DNA of 38,054 nt from Paraglomus brasilianum. Its lineage: Eukaryota. Location of the stretch: contig CAJVPI010000265.1 in the NCBI GenBank assembly GCA_910592345.1, positions 1 through 38,054 of the forward strand, written 5' to 3'. Shown here piece by piece: positions 22,928 through 34,585 of this stretch. Below the pieces are notes generated by a model. It did not search any database, was not told the origin of the DNA, and saw nothing but the letters and a program-made list of their open reading frames with translations. Every line of letters begins with the position of its first letter. The stretch's first letter is position 1. The position numbers and the translations under genes were made by a program.

Positions 22928-25019
22928 CTATCGTTTCTGTATGTGCACTTCTTTTCCTATCTCTCCCTGCTCCTCTTCATCATCACTTAGCAAAAACACT
23001 TCAATCTGCCTCCTAAGCTCTTCCTGTCTTTGTTCATTCACCTTTTCGGCAACGTAAGGAGGAAACGTAACATCTCCAACATCTCTCATGTTTACTCTAC
23101 ACCCATAGCAAAGTAGGTCGCTTATATCTGTGTTGGCTCTTTTCACTGGCTTTGAGCACTCTGATGATGTGACATTACAACACCCGTCAGAAAAAGAAGA
23201 AGAGCAAGTGGGCATGGATGTATATGCAGCTGAATTCGTATTTGCGACAGTGAATCTATCTTGCCATGATTTCGTGTTCGGTTGACGTGGCCTTTTGAAA
23301 TATAAACGATCAGCTTGGTGGCAACAGATTTACAGTGTATGTTCTTGTACTCACATTAAACATATTATGCACTTTTCATCTTGCATTAATTCGGACGGTT
23401 TAAGCTTTGCCGCTGTTCTTGCAACAGTACTTACTGTTGATGGATAGTCCCTTTCTAATCCGACAATAAAGTCTAAGTAGAAATATATTGTAATCATTGT
23501 AATAGCCGAAGCATAACGAGTGTCAAAAGCAAGTTTCGCCCTTGTCAAACTTTCTAACCTTCGGTCAGTCTTTCGATACTAGCCTTAGGTGGGAGCATGG
23601 TGGTCAAGGAAGGAATGAATACACTGTCCAAATGTAAGAATTGGTTATATAATCCAATCTCTTTGCTTAGCATATCCTTCATCGGCCTCATGATTTTCGT
23701 ATCTAGTTGGATCATAATGATAGTAACTATAAGTTTTAAGAAAGATAGAATGACGTCAATGTAATATCTACCTCCAAACCACTGTGTCTCCCCAGCTATC
23801 TCAAGCGGCAAACTAAATCCTCGTCCTTTACTTGTTAAAGAAATGGTTTTTATCGCCAAACGCGTCGACGAATCTCCCAGAAACAATCTTGTACAGCTGG
23901 AGGAAGGCGTGTGCCGTCAGTAGTTATGAAAGTAATGCAGCAAATAATATACAATATAATCAACATTACTTGTCTGCTTACTCTTTTCTCTGGGCATATT
24001 GAAGTAACAGGCTCAACTTCAAAAAACAATAAAAATCTTCTTTAACTGTCGTTTTACTCGCACCGTCAAGTAGGGCCTTTAATTTATCTCTATTAGATGT
24101 GTTTTCCGACTGTTGTTGAATACTGTGAAACAATTCTGTTACGAATTAGTCTATAAGATTTATGTAAAGACATACGCAGGCACGCGTACCGTGATATACT
24201 AACCTTGAGATGGCTTTCTATGGACGCCGTCAGTAGATATCTTGATTACATTGTCGTATATTCCAGAGGTTGTATAGTCTGGTGAGAAAATATCTTCCAA
24301 GGGAATCCTCATGATATTATAGTTCAACTTTTGTGCCATCTGTAATACATTCTCGACTGTGTCTTTCTAAAACAAATACCGGATAAATTTTCATGAGGCT
24401 GCACGACCACAGTTGCATAGTCGAAAAGCATTTACCTCTCCTCCAACAATTGTTGATTCGTCAATGAAACAAACTTCGACGCTTTTAAATACTTGCTTTT
24501 TCGATTTCTTATGAGGTTCTTCTCGATTATATTCATAGAGCAACTGTAACATAGCCCTGTAGTAAAAGTGTAAAATATAACCATACGGAGCAAAATCATA
24601 GCGTCTATTTGCAAGAGTCTCGAGAAAACATACCTAGACGATGATCCTCCAGATAATGCTACGAGTACTTTCTCTGCGCCGGGCTTTAAAGATGCTTTCT
24701 CCATGTTTTTTCTGAACTTTCCGACAAATACATAAATAAAGCATTGCCTGTAAATGAAAGACGGATATGTTAATACAAATGTGCGTACAATCAATAGTTT
24801 AGACTGGCCTTCGTATAATAGAAAGAAGTGACCTTGATCGTACCTACAATATACGGAATGACGGATCAATACTGTAGCTGGGGAAGATTTGCACTTTATA
24901 CATATTTTCTGATTGGGTTTCGGTTCTATACGAAGGACTAATTGTGAGCGACGCGCCTAGAAGAATGAAGATCTTTATTAGGTACCTTTCAACAGCACGG
25001 GTTCCTCTACGCTGCACAT
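22928..25019 (-). CDS. CTU2: Cytoplasmic tRNA 2-thiolation protein 2, multi-exon
   Basis: MCSVEE start, CIKCK...YCRQCF, VALSGGSSSR, LGDSSTRLAIKTISLTSKGRG, RPMKD, YPSTVSTVART, CIICL, LCYGC. Confidence 0.93.
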
Positions 25020-25228
25020 TTTCACTTATTATTGAGAGTTTCGAAAACTTTTGATGATCGACAAATATTTTAGGAATAGGGTGTCACTACCTAAAAGAAA
25101 GTAATTTTGATCACATTCTGTACCACGGTGTTAAATGTTCCCACAATGTCGAAGTGCATTAATCACACACTGCAAATCCAGAGATTAAAGAAAATTGCGG
25201 GATTTGTTTAACGCTAATCGTATGATCT

Positions 25229-25727
25229 GGTGATAAATGATGCATAATTTACAAAAAGGGCATAATTATTTGCAATTTTTACAATTCAACATTTTGTATG
25301 TCCACCTTCAGCAGAAATAACAGCTTGAATTCTGCGAGGCATATATTTAATTAAATGACGATATGATTCCTTTGGGATCACTGCCCATTCTTCTGTAACC
25401 ATCTCTTCTAATTCATGAATATTAGATGGTGGAGAGTTATGTTTTCGAAGTCCTGACTCGACAAGAGACCAAAGTTCCTCGATGGGGTTTAGCTCAGACT
25501 CTGTGGTAAATGCTCCACTTTTTGTAAGCACAAGGCAACTCCGGAATAAGTTCTTTTCTAAGCTTCATATTATGCGGTAATAATTGCACTTTTTTAAACC
25601 TCTATATTTAAAGAACTAGCAAATTTTTACGCAAAACAAATAGCATTTGTTTTGTTGATCGGTATATAAAATAATAAAACAAAGCGCGTCGTAATGAAAT
25701 TATGCATCATTTATTTCACCCCCCATG
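25229..25727 (-). mobile_element. Internally deleted Tc1 element with TIRs and transposase C-terminus
   Basis: Inverted repeat ATAAATGATGCATAATTT near both ends, TA after the right end; SELNPIEELW...MPRRIQAVISAEGGHTKC*. Confidence 0.88.
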
Positions 25728-25859
25728 TATGCGTCATAAGAGGCTTCCGACACTCCAATTTGTTGCATTATAGATTGGTGGAAAAACAAGTTAAATATTT
25801 TAGTGGATGGATTTAGAAAGAAGTCGAAAAATAATAATAATAAATACTTACAACCGAGA

Positions 25860-27141
25860 AAGTATCTTAACAAAAAATGATGTCAGAGCATCCGGAGGTG
25901 TTGATATTAGACTTAGTTGCTTTCTTTCAAACTATCGTTCAGCTTCATCAACTACTTTATTTTAATCTTGTTTAGTTCCTTTCCTAATTCCGCAAGAGAC
26001 TTCTATAATTGCACATAAATTAATAAATTAACATAATATATTTATATTTACTACATTCATGCTCTCCTTACCTGTGATAGACAGTTCAGCCACCTCTCTA
26101 CTGGTTGTAGTTGTTCCAGAATAGTCCAATCACTTCCAAATTTTCCATATGCCAACAGACTTGGGAATATTTAATATTGTATTTAGCTCAGATAATCCTG
26201 TTTTGGATAACTCCCATTTTACTAATATGGCAATATCTGACATCTCCATTATTTGCCAAAATAAGGCCTGTCAAAAGAAAAGAGAAATGAGACTGAAAAT
26301 TTATGTTAAAGCATCAAATGCAAAATATATACCCGTCAGTATGTAATATGGGATTTTCAGCTAATGTTTCATACTGATTAATTATTTCTGTAGCCCATGG
26401 AATCAAACTCCCAACATATGTCTTCCTTATTCTTAATCTTAAAGTTGAAAGAATGATTTAGTATTAGTGAAATGCTAGAGGTGCAAGCAGAATCATGTAT
26501 CCTAACCTTGAATGATGTAATTCTCTGGGCTTTATTGTCAGTAGCCTCATAGTTAGGTTTTGTGCTATCAATATAGTCCTTCCTAACCTATGAGCAAGAG
26601 CATCAATAGACTCAATATGACTTAACCATATACTCTGCACTGTTACAGGTGATTCTGCTTGTCTCGCAGCAATATGTGCAAACCAGATTGCCTGATAAGC
26701 TATTGCTTTGAAGTAGCAGAATTGTCGTTGGCTCATTTCATAGCAGACCACATCTACATAGTACTAGAAAAGGAACGTCAAACAAGCAGTTCATCACTGG
26801 CAACTAGCAGTCCCAGCTTGCACTCGAAAAGGAAGCATCGAACATGCAGTTCATCACTAGCAACTAGCAGTCCCAGCTTGCGCTACGTTGAACATAAACA
26901 AGCAAGTTCATCACTGGCAACTAGCGGTCCCAGCTTGCGTTTAAAAAACAACTAATAACTACCTTCCAGCGGTCAAGGCTTTTCTGCTAAATCCGGAATC
27001 TGAAGCTGTGATGTCTCGAAGATTCTTTTTTACTTTATCAAGTACATATTTCCAATCTTTTCGTTCCAGCTTATCACGATAATACTTTACTATATTAGCA
27101 CACGTCCAGTCTATAAATGTGGTATGGCGATAAAAATCCAT
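25860..27141 (-). pseudogene. Decayed member of an expanded Glomeromycotina-type gene family (effector/REase-like)
   Basis: N-terminus MDFYRHTTFIDWTCANIVKYYRDKL...VKKNL resembles helical header domains of AM-fungal hypothetical proteins. Downstream frames are broken by stops and frameshifts, with remnant GT-AG introns. Family call is from recall only. Confidence 0.4.
26765..26939. repeat. ~60-bp tandem repeat, 3 copies
   Basis: Core AGTTCATCACTRGCAACTAGCRGTCCCAGCTTGC in units starting near 26781, 26841, 26897. Confidence 0.9.
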
Positions 27142-27398
27142 GAGTGTGGGTTTACGCTTGGAAATTTCTGGGTTTATATACTGTATATATAGTACAAAGC
27201 CACGAACGAGCGAATTTCCATAAATGGGTAGATTGCGAATTACTTGAATAATCACATGAGGGATAATACGTACGCTGTTTCATAATTCAATGCGTAATTG
27301 GCTGATTTATTTTATTTTTGATGCACTTCGAGACACTCAGTCCAGAACTCAGTTGTTTCAGTCCAGAAGTGAGACAGGTCCCCAAATGAGGTACAACA

Positions 27399-27640
27399 GC
27401 AACATGGATAATTGGATTTTGTTCCCAATTAATGTTTTGTTTGATAGTTGCACCTTCAGTTCTTTGGATAGATTTCACGCTGTGTTTTATAGCTTTTACA
27501 ATGAAAATATTTCTATACAATTACAACGCAAAATTGACGAGAAAATTAAAAATGAAACAAAAAATATAACAGAGGCGGCATATGAAGATTGACAATTATT
27601 AAACATGCCAGCAACTCAATTATTTTGTATGTTTATTAAT
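27399..27640 (+). pseudogene. 5'-truncated duplicate of the 3' end of the 299-aa membrane-protein gene
   Basis: 27399-27470 is identical to 31721-31792 (72 bp); the alignment continues with indels into the 3' UTR. Confidence 0.9.
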
Positions 27641-29115
27641 ACTGTGCGATATTTACTACCGCACGTCAATAGTTAGTATTTTATTCTATTGTTGCCAAAT
27701 TTTATATGTAAGTTTTCCGCATAGTAATAGGGCTTTTTATTTTAATGTTCCTCTCATATAAATTTACCTCAATATAATAAACACGAATATAAGAGTGCTG
27801 AACAAATAAATGCAAAACCTACCATTTATCTAAAAAATAATCCGTCGCTTTAAAAAATTATCGCGTCCATATCACAGACAATATATATTATTCCATAAAA
27901 TGTGAACCGATCAAAGAAAAGGATTGTTCAAGACAAAGCCATTTCTAATTTAGATGATAACGATAATGGTAATTATCAAGTGTTTTAAATTTGCCATTAA
28001 ATGACACTCGGTTCCTCAGAAGACAATGGCGAAGCTTTTCAGAAACTCAAGCAGATTTTAAAATGTGCGCTACTAGAAGACAACTTGCAGACATTATAGT
28101 TAGCGGCTTAAAGTAGACGCAGATGTGTTGTATGCCAAATCGGAATAATACAGAGAATCAGTAACAATAATATAACATACTTCGACATTAATAATATTAC
28201 CTTTGCTGCTATTACCTACGTATATAACTCACACTATAAACTGCTGATGCTTAATTTTATATGGATTTTAATGAAACAATCAATAGATCATTGTGGAATG
28301 AGATCATGTAACCAGAGATTCTTATTCGCCTCTGTTCGTATAACAAAATAGCACACTGACATGTAAGTTTACACACAAACGGCTGACCAACCGGATTGCA
28401 TGTATCAAAAATTTATACAACTTTTGGGGACTCGTATGATTTATTACATATACAATTAAAAACATCAGTCACTACATAGATGATCTATGACTATATTTGA
28501 GATATTCAAATGATGAACTAACTCTAATAGATCGGGAATACGAAACACTCTTAATGATATAGATGTTGCCCCATGACATTTGAAATCGTGGCTTATAATA
28601 TGTAACTAAGAAACAACATGTCCAAGAACTTGACACAGCAATTAGACAAGACTGAAGTAGAATGCAAACTATATTCATCATTCTATAATTCCGATCTGAC
28701 ATACAACAGTATCCTACATTGCAAAAAAGCTTCGAGTTGTTTAGAATTCCAAACACATTTGACAATGCGAATGACTTTCGAAATGCATTAAAAAGTGAAT
28801 TTGATAGTTGTGTATCATTTTTCCTATTGTCGTGCCGACTATCACGGGAGAGCAAGTAATATTCGACATTAGGAATTTGGCTAGTTTCGGCAGAGCGTGG
28901 CGTCTCCTTCTCCAGGTAAATCTCGGGTTACAGTTAGTGACCTTGTCCAATCAAGGCTTTGCACTTACGAAAACCTTCCCGTCGTAGTAGTAGAGTGTCG
29001 CTAATCCTGGATATATTAATTGTACTCGAGTAACTCTGTCGGCTCCTAAGATGGGATTAATTCTTAGCAATATGCATTTTTTAAAAAACAACGATAACTA
29101 ATAGTACTTAAAACT

Positions 29116-29640
29116 TCAATAATAACCTTTCCTAGGTCGTTGACGTTTTAATTTTGGAGGCTTCACATCATTCGATCCACTGTTTGGAGCAGGATGCTTA
29201 GATGACACAAGGTTGTCACCCTGCAAGGTTAACACTGTGTCAGGAAGGTCACAACGCTTGATTGTGAGATTGTTGTAATCTTTGCTGTAGACAACATGCC
29301 AGACATTTGAGAGTACTTCTTTAGTGATTCTTGGGTTTGACTGTCGGTTCAAGAGAGGGCTGTCATCTTTATACTGACGGCAGAAGTTGATAATAACCCA
29401 ATGACACAAATTGAGGATATGGCCCACTTGACTGAGGTGTTTACATAAAGGTCTAAGCGTCCACTAGTGCCAACACTAGTACTGATTGATGAATTATCTG
29501 GAGCTACTGTTCGGCAGGTGCGAAACATCCCAATCACTTTCAAGGTTACAACATGGATATGCTGGACTGGATACTTTACTAGGTTCAATCTTTGTTGGAT
29601 CTCGCAAAAAGTGAATTCCGCATAGTCTATCGTGGGGTAC
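29116..29640 (-). pseudogene. Fragment of a Crinkler-type C-terminal restriction-endonuclease-fold domain
   Basis: SISTSVGTSGRLDLYVNTSVKWAI, WVIINF, NVWHVVYSKDYNNLTI resemble the ISPxVG..G.LDFYIN...W.IE / IIDF / W.V.Y..D pattern; frameshifted. Confidence 0.5.
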
Positions 29641-31048
29641 AATAGTATTTAATTATAATAATGCGCATCTACATAACAATTAATTATCGTAATGTGCCAC
29701 TCGAATAATCGCGGGACAAGAGGCGATTATTCTTCATCGATATAGGGATTAGCGGTTTCTCAGTTATACCGATAAGTTACCAGGAAATGAATGATGCATT
29801 TTGTGCGATGTTTGTACTCCCACTATGTTTGTACCGCTACTTGGCACTGCGCTAGTGTTACTGTCGATCGTATTGATTGCTGCGGCATCGTCGGAGTACT
29901 ATACAGGTACGGTAGATTGATAATCAGGATATTATCCATCTGTCATATACACAACGCTTTTTAGGGTAGAACAATTGGAGGAGAAGTACAACTTGAGACA
30001 CCGGATTTCAAGTCCGTTATACGCAACTAATTATTATAAGCATGCTGTTAAATAAGATTCCAATCCTTCCATTCTTGCTACTTTGTATATACCTCGTTTA
30101 AAAGTGCCAAGCATTTATGGCCCGATTAGTTTAAATAAAAAACAATTACAATACCGCGCCTGAACGTATGAGAGATAATCGGCATTCAAGCAAAAAAAAA
30201 ATATATAGCAATAAAGTATAAACTGGCAAAAACAGACATTTTGAGACAACAAAAATTTATTGTCGTGACTTAAGCGCGGTATATTATTCGGGCTCGACAA
30301 TAAATTTTGAAATCTCCTCAATGGTCGTTTCTTTGTCGCTGAGTTGGTTATCGGATGCTGATTGATAGATTTGGTTGTCAATACAAAGCAGTTTCATTAC
30401 AGTTTATTATGTCTTTTTGAATACTCCTAATTCGCCATTCGTAAGTAGCTGATACAGTAAGAGGTATTGGTACAAAACAGAAATTGAATTAAAAAATGAC
30501 TGTTTGTGAAACGCTTGATTGCTTGGTAATTTATCGAGTTTGCTCTGACTTGGAAAATTGAGGGAAGAATATTGGCACGAAAAGCATGGTTCAAAGAAAC
30601 GGACCGATTTTTTGCTTTTGGATTTATGGTTAGTATTAGGTTTTATTCTACAAGGTATAATCGTATACCAGAAAGATATAAAAAACCTGTCATTATAATT
30701 CCGGTTGAACCTCCACGGACTCTTTCACTTGTACATCGTGTATACAATTCATCCGTGTAACGAGTCGGATAACTTCCGGATTATCCGGGTATCAAATATT
30801 AGTATCTGATAATCGATATGCACAGCGCATGTAACAGGTAAACTTGGAAATAAAGTTTTGCGCCATTGAATACGTCGATTTAGAACTTGGTTATTTCTTT
30901 ATCGTTTCTTTTTTGGCTAATGCACTACCCAGCAAAAAATAATATGGAGAAAACCTATTCTAAACGATGAGTTATTTATAACAGCGGAGGGCATTTTCAG
31001 TTGCATATAAGAATAGTGGACACTTAATTTTTCAATTCTCTCGAAAAC

Positions 31049-31948
31049 ATGTATGCTCAATCAAAACTGTCGAACATTCAACTTCTGCTATCAATCATCC
31101 TCTTGTTTCCTCTTCTGGTTGATGCTCTTCTTCCTACCAGTACGGATGACGAATCGGACCCAATTAGCGAATCGGTCTTTGATTTGATGGCCACTGTTCT
31201 AATAGCATCAATTCTAACAATTGATGTCGATCGTATAGAACGTAGAAAAAAGCTTCTACAAAGGACATTCTTCTCTACCAGCCTATTTATTACATTGGGA
31301 ATAATTTCTCCCATGCAAATTTGGTTTTGCGCCAGAGCTTACAAAGTTACAAAAGATATCTTTTTTATTATATATCTTATAACAACACTTTTGTCGGGCG
31401 TTCTTCTATACGGATTCAATGCTGTTATGATATGTTGCATGCGAGATATACCCGTAAAATACTTTGACCTACTTCCTACATTTTTAACCTGTACATGTAT
31501 GTTCGGCAATGACTTGGTTTTCGGCTTTCTGGCTGTGAGACGAGGATACGTGAATTCGTCGACTTACTGGTTTGTGTTTGGACCCGTTATCCTAGCATTT
31601 TTTATTGGTGTAGGGATATTCATATATGTTCTAAACTGGGAACTGACATCTGATGATTATATGAAAGAGGATGAAAAGCTTAAAAAAATGTTTAAAGTTT
31701 ACGGGAGAAAATCTCGAAGGGCAACATGGATAATTGGATTTTGTTCCCAATTAATGTTTTGTTTGATAGTTGCACCTTCAGTTCTTTGGATAAAATTTCA
31801 CCTTACGTTGGGTTTTATAGCTTTTACAATGGAAGATATTTCTATGAAATTACAACGTAAAATTGAGGAAACTGAGAATGAAGTAAAAAGTAGAACCGAG
31901 TTGGCTAATGAAAAAGGGATTGTGATTGAAGTTGTTAACTTGAATTAG
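31049..31948 (+). CDS. Orphan integral membrane protein, 299 aa, signal peptide plus about 7 TM segments, intronless
   Basis: Intact 900-bp ORF; hydrophobic leader ending VDA; seven hydrophobic stretches; charged loop between the 5th and 6th; charged C-tail; TATATAA ~45 bp upstream. Confidence 0.8.
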   Translation: MYAQSKLSNIQLLLSIILLFPLLVDALLPTSTDDESDPISESVFDLMATVLIASILTIDVDRIERRKKLLQRTFFSTSLFITLGIISPMQIWFCARAYKVTKDIFFIIYLITTLLSGVLLYGFNAVMICCMRDIPVKYFDLLPTFLTCTCMFGNDLVFGFLAVRRGYVNSSTYWFVFGPVILAFFIGVGIFIYVLNWELTSDDYMKEDEKLKKMFKVYGRKSRRATWIIGFCSQLMFCLIVAPSVLWIKFHLTLGFIAFTMEDISMKLQRKIEETENEVKSRTELANEKGIVIEVVNLN

Positions 31949-32264
31949 ATACCAACGACTTAACTATATTGTATATTTTTATTAATGACATTAAATAGTT
32001 TACTAATCAAATTTTGAAGTTATCTGCACAGTGTAGCATATATTATTTATTTATTTTATTATTGCGAATCATAGAAAGTTTTTTTTTTTTTAACTTCATC
32101 CAAAATCCAATGTATCAATAATAGAATAAATTTATATCAGTCTGTAACTTAGGTTTTCAAGAATCTGCATGTAAGTTTTGAAACATTTTAGCTTTCGGGC
32201 AATAAATAGACAATTGCATTAAAATCAATTTGCCAGTCTACAATTTTGACGTTTTAATATTATT

Positions 32265-32510
32265 TTAGTATTGGTTGGCCATTTATTATTATAGATGCCT
32301 CAACTCTTCTTGGCATGCTTTCCATTGAATTGGAATCTGTTTTATAAGAATCTTTCAGAGCAGTCTCCAATTTTGTGGCGTTTTTGGGATGCCCGGTTTT
32401 TTAGCTGCGTTTCAATTGGATTAAGCTCAGGAGATTGAGATAGCAGTCAAGTAGAATTTTGTATATTCTCAATCGACAACATTTTTTGCATGAGCGTTGT
32501 CATTTTTCAA
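32265..32510 (-). pseudogene. Highly degraded Tc1 transposase relic
   Basis: NDNAHA, SQSPELNPIE, HPKNATKLETAL, MESMPRRVEA motifs in shifting frames. Confidence 0.7.
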
Positions 32511-34585
32511 GCATAGACTTTACCATTAAAGTCACTTGAATTAATGGCAAAAGAATATACTGTAATCGTTAGAAAATAAGAAATAACAACGAAAGTGTTC
32601 TTTATCCGGTAAATATAAAAATCACAACCTTTTCCCTTGGTTCCTTCAAAAACTTTTACGCTTTCTATCAACGTACGCGTAAACAAACTAAGATGATTGT
32701 ATTTGTCTCACAAACAATGTATATTGTTTCCTTAAAAAATGAACCAAAGCCAGTTTAAAACTAGATAATTTCAAGTTTTTGAATTTTGTCAGTATCTACC
32801 AATCGGTGACACTGATTCTAAATATTCCAACTTAGAAGACAAGATAAAGCTTTTCAAGAACTCAGACCGAATTGTAGACATCAAGTCACCGGAAAACTTG
32901 CACCCTCGAAAGGCGACATTATTGATATCGTAATAACGACAAGTAAACACTTAATATTAGAAACATACAACATTCTGGTTGGCCAACCACTTGTATATCT
33001 GCTTGGAAGAACCGTCCAACACTCGAGTTTCAGAGAGACAGAATAACCTTCAAATACAAGTAAAACCATATTTAAGTATTACATAGTGCAGATGTTTGAT
33101 GTAATTCTGATCCAGGACGCTTTAAAAATACTTGGAAAAAGCAAAAAAAATATTCTAGAATTTCAGTTCATAAATGCAAAAGCAAATGAATCCACTACTT
33201 GGTCATTTTATTATTACTATTAGCTATGTGTTATTGTCCGCAGTCTGACATTTTATTATGCGGTATGCTGCCCCCTGTAATGCTTTTCCATCCGCCTACG
33301 TCACCTTATACGTTTACCACTGCTTTTTTCTTTTTGGTTCTGTCACATTTTTTAATAACACGTAAACAATAATACTGATGAAACGCTTCTTTTCGCGACG
33401 GACTTTTTTAACGGTTTCCGTTTTCCTAGATACTATTACTATTAAAATTAATAATATGCAGTGTATCTAGAAAAAAACGGTGGTAGCAAAAAAATTATGT
33501 TTTTCTACAACCACATAATGTAATTAGATAAATTTAGGCATATTTGTCTTTGTGCTGTAAAATTAGTATCTTTTTTTTTCGCATGTGTCGCCAAACAAAT
33601 TGATGAGAGATTATTATGTGTTTCACTGCAATTTGACGAGTCAAATGGCATTGTTATAGCAAACAGCTTGCCAAATAGAACATGCCAAGCTTTGAGTAAT
33701 TTTCGATAGATGTCTACTACCCTTTTTGCGTTGCATTCTTTGAGCTTGCGAAGACTGTACGTAGAGAATATCAGTATTTCTTTTGCCATTTTGTCAAAAG
33801 TGTAAAATGGGTTGTCGCTGAGTTTCAAATTTAGATTTAACCATGTTATTAAGCTCTACAAAGATAAACGTCTAAATCACTTCCTTATAGAAACTGGCAA
33901 TAATCAAACCAGTAAACGAAGTAAAACAAATTTACCCTAATACAAACACACTCAACGGAAGTTTAAGAAATATAAGCAATTTGTAAACAACCGCGTTTTT
34001 TATTTACGAGTCAAAAAAATTTTATTTGCAAACCACTCGCACGCTGTATCAGTACAGGATCTTAATGGATGACTGTACTTAATGTATTATAATCGTAATA
34101 ATAATAAAAGAGAATTGGAGTCCTTTACCTTGGCATTCATTTTGTCAACTGCTTTCTGATAATTTAGTCGACTTCTTTGAACGGTGAAGCCATCGAATAA
34201 CTGCGCGTTGCATCTTTTCTATCAAAATAAATTTAAATTGAAATTGAGCTCAAGAATTGTATATTTGGGCATTTGTAACAACCAGCAAATTATAATTTGC
34301 GTATTGACACAACAAGTTGATTATTATTATTGTCAATAATTCTGAGTTTAATTATATGCCTACATATATCCAGTATTTGAAATTCCCTCTATGGAGTATC
34401 TCCTAATTCACCAGAATGTCATCATGAACTTTCTACACCAGTATCTTTAGCATCGGTCTTTCTTGCCTTGGCAGTAGAACAACTTACAAGTGAAGAGGCA
34501 GGCAACTCAATTATAAAACGCGTGGAGAAGACAGTAAACAAGCGTTTGTTTTTTATTTTATAACGCAAAAATAGAAATGTTACAT

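Noticed and set aside
26765..26939. Mini CRISPR-like repeat
   Set aside because: Only three units and the linkers resemble each other; an ordinary tandem duplication.
33315..33485. Small MITE with TACCACYG termini
   Set aside because: Inverted match is short, partly poly-T/A, and there is no TSD.
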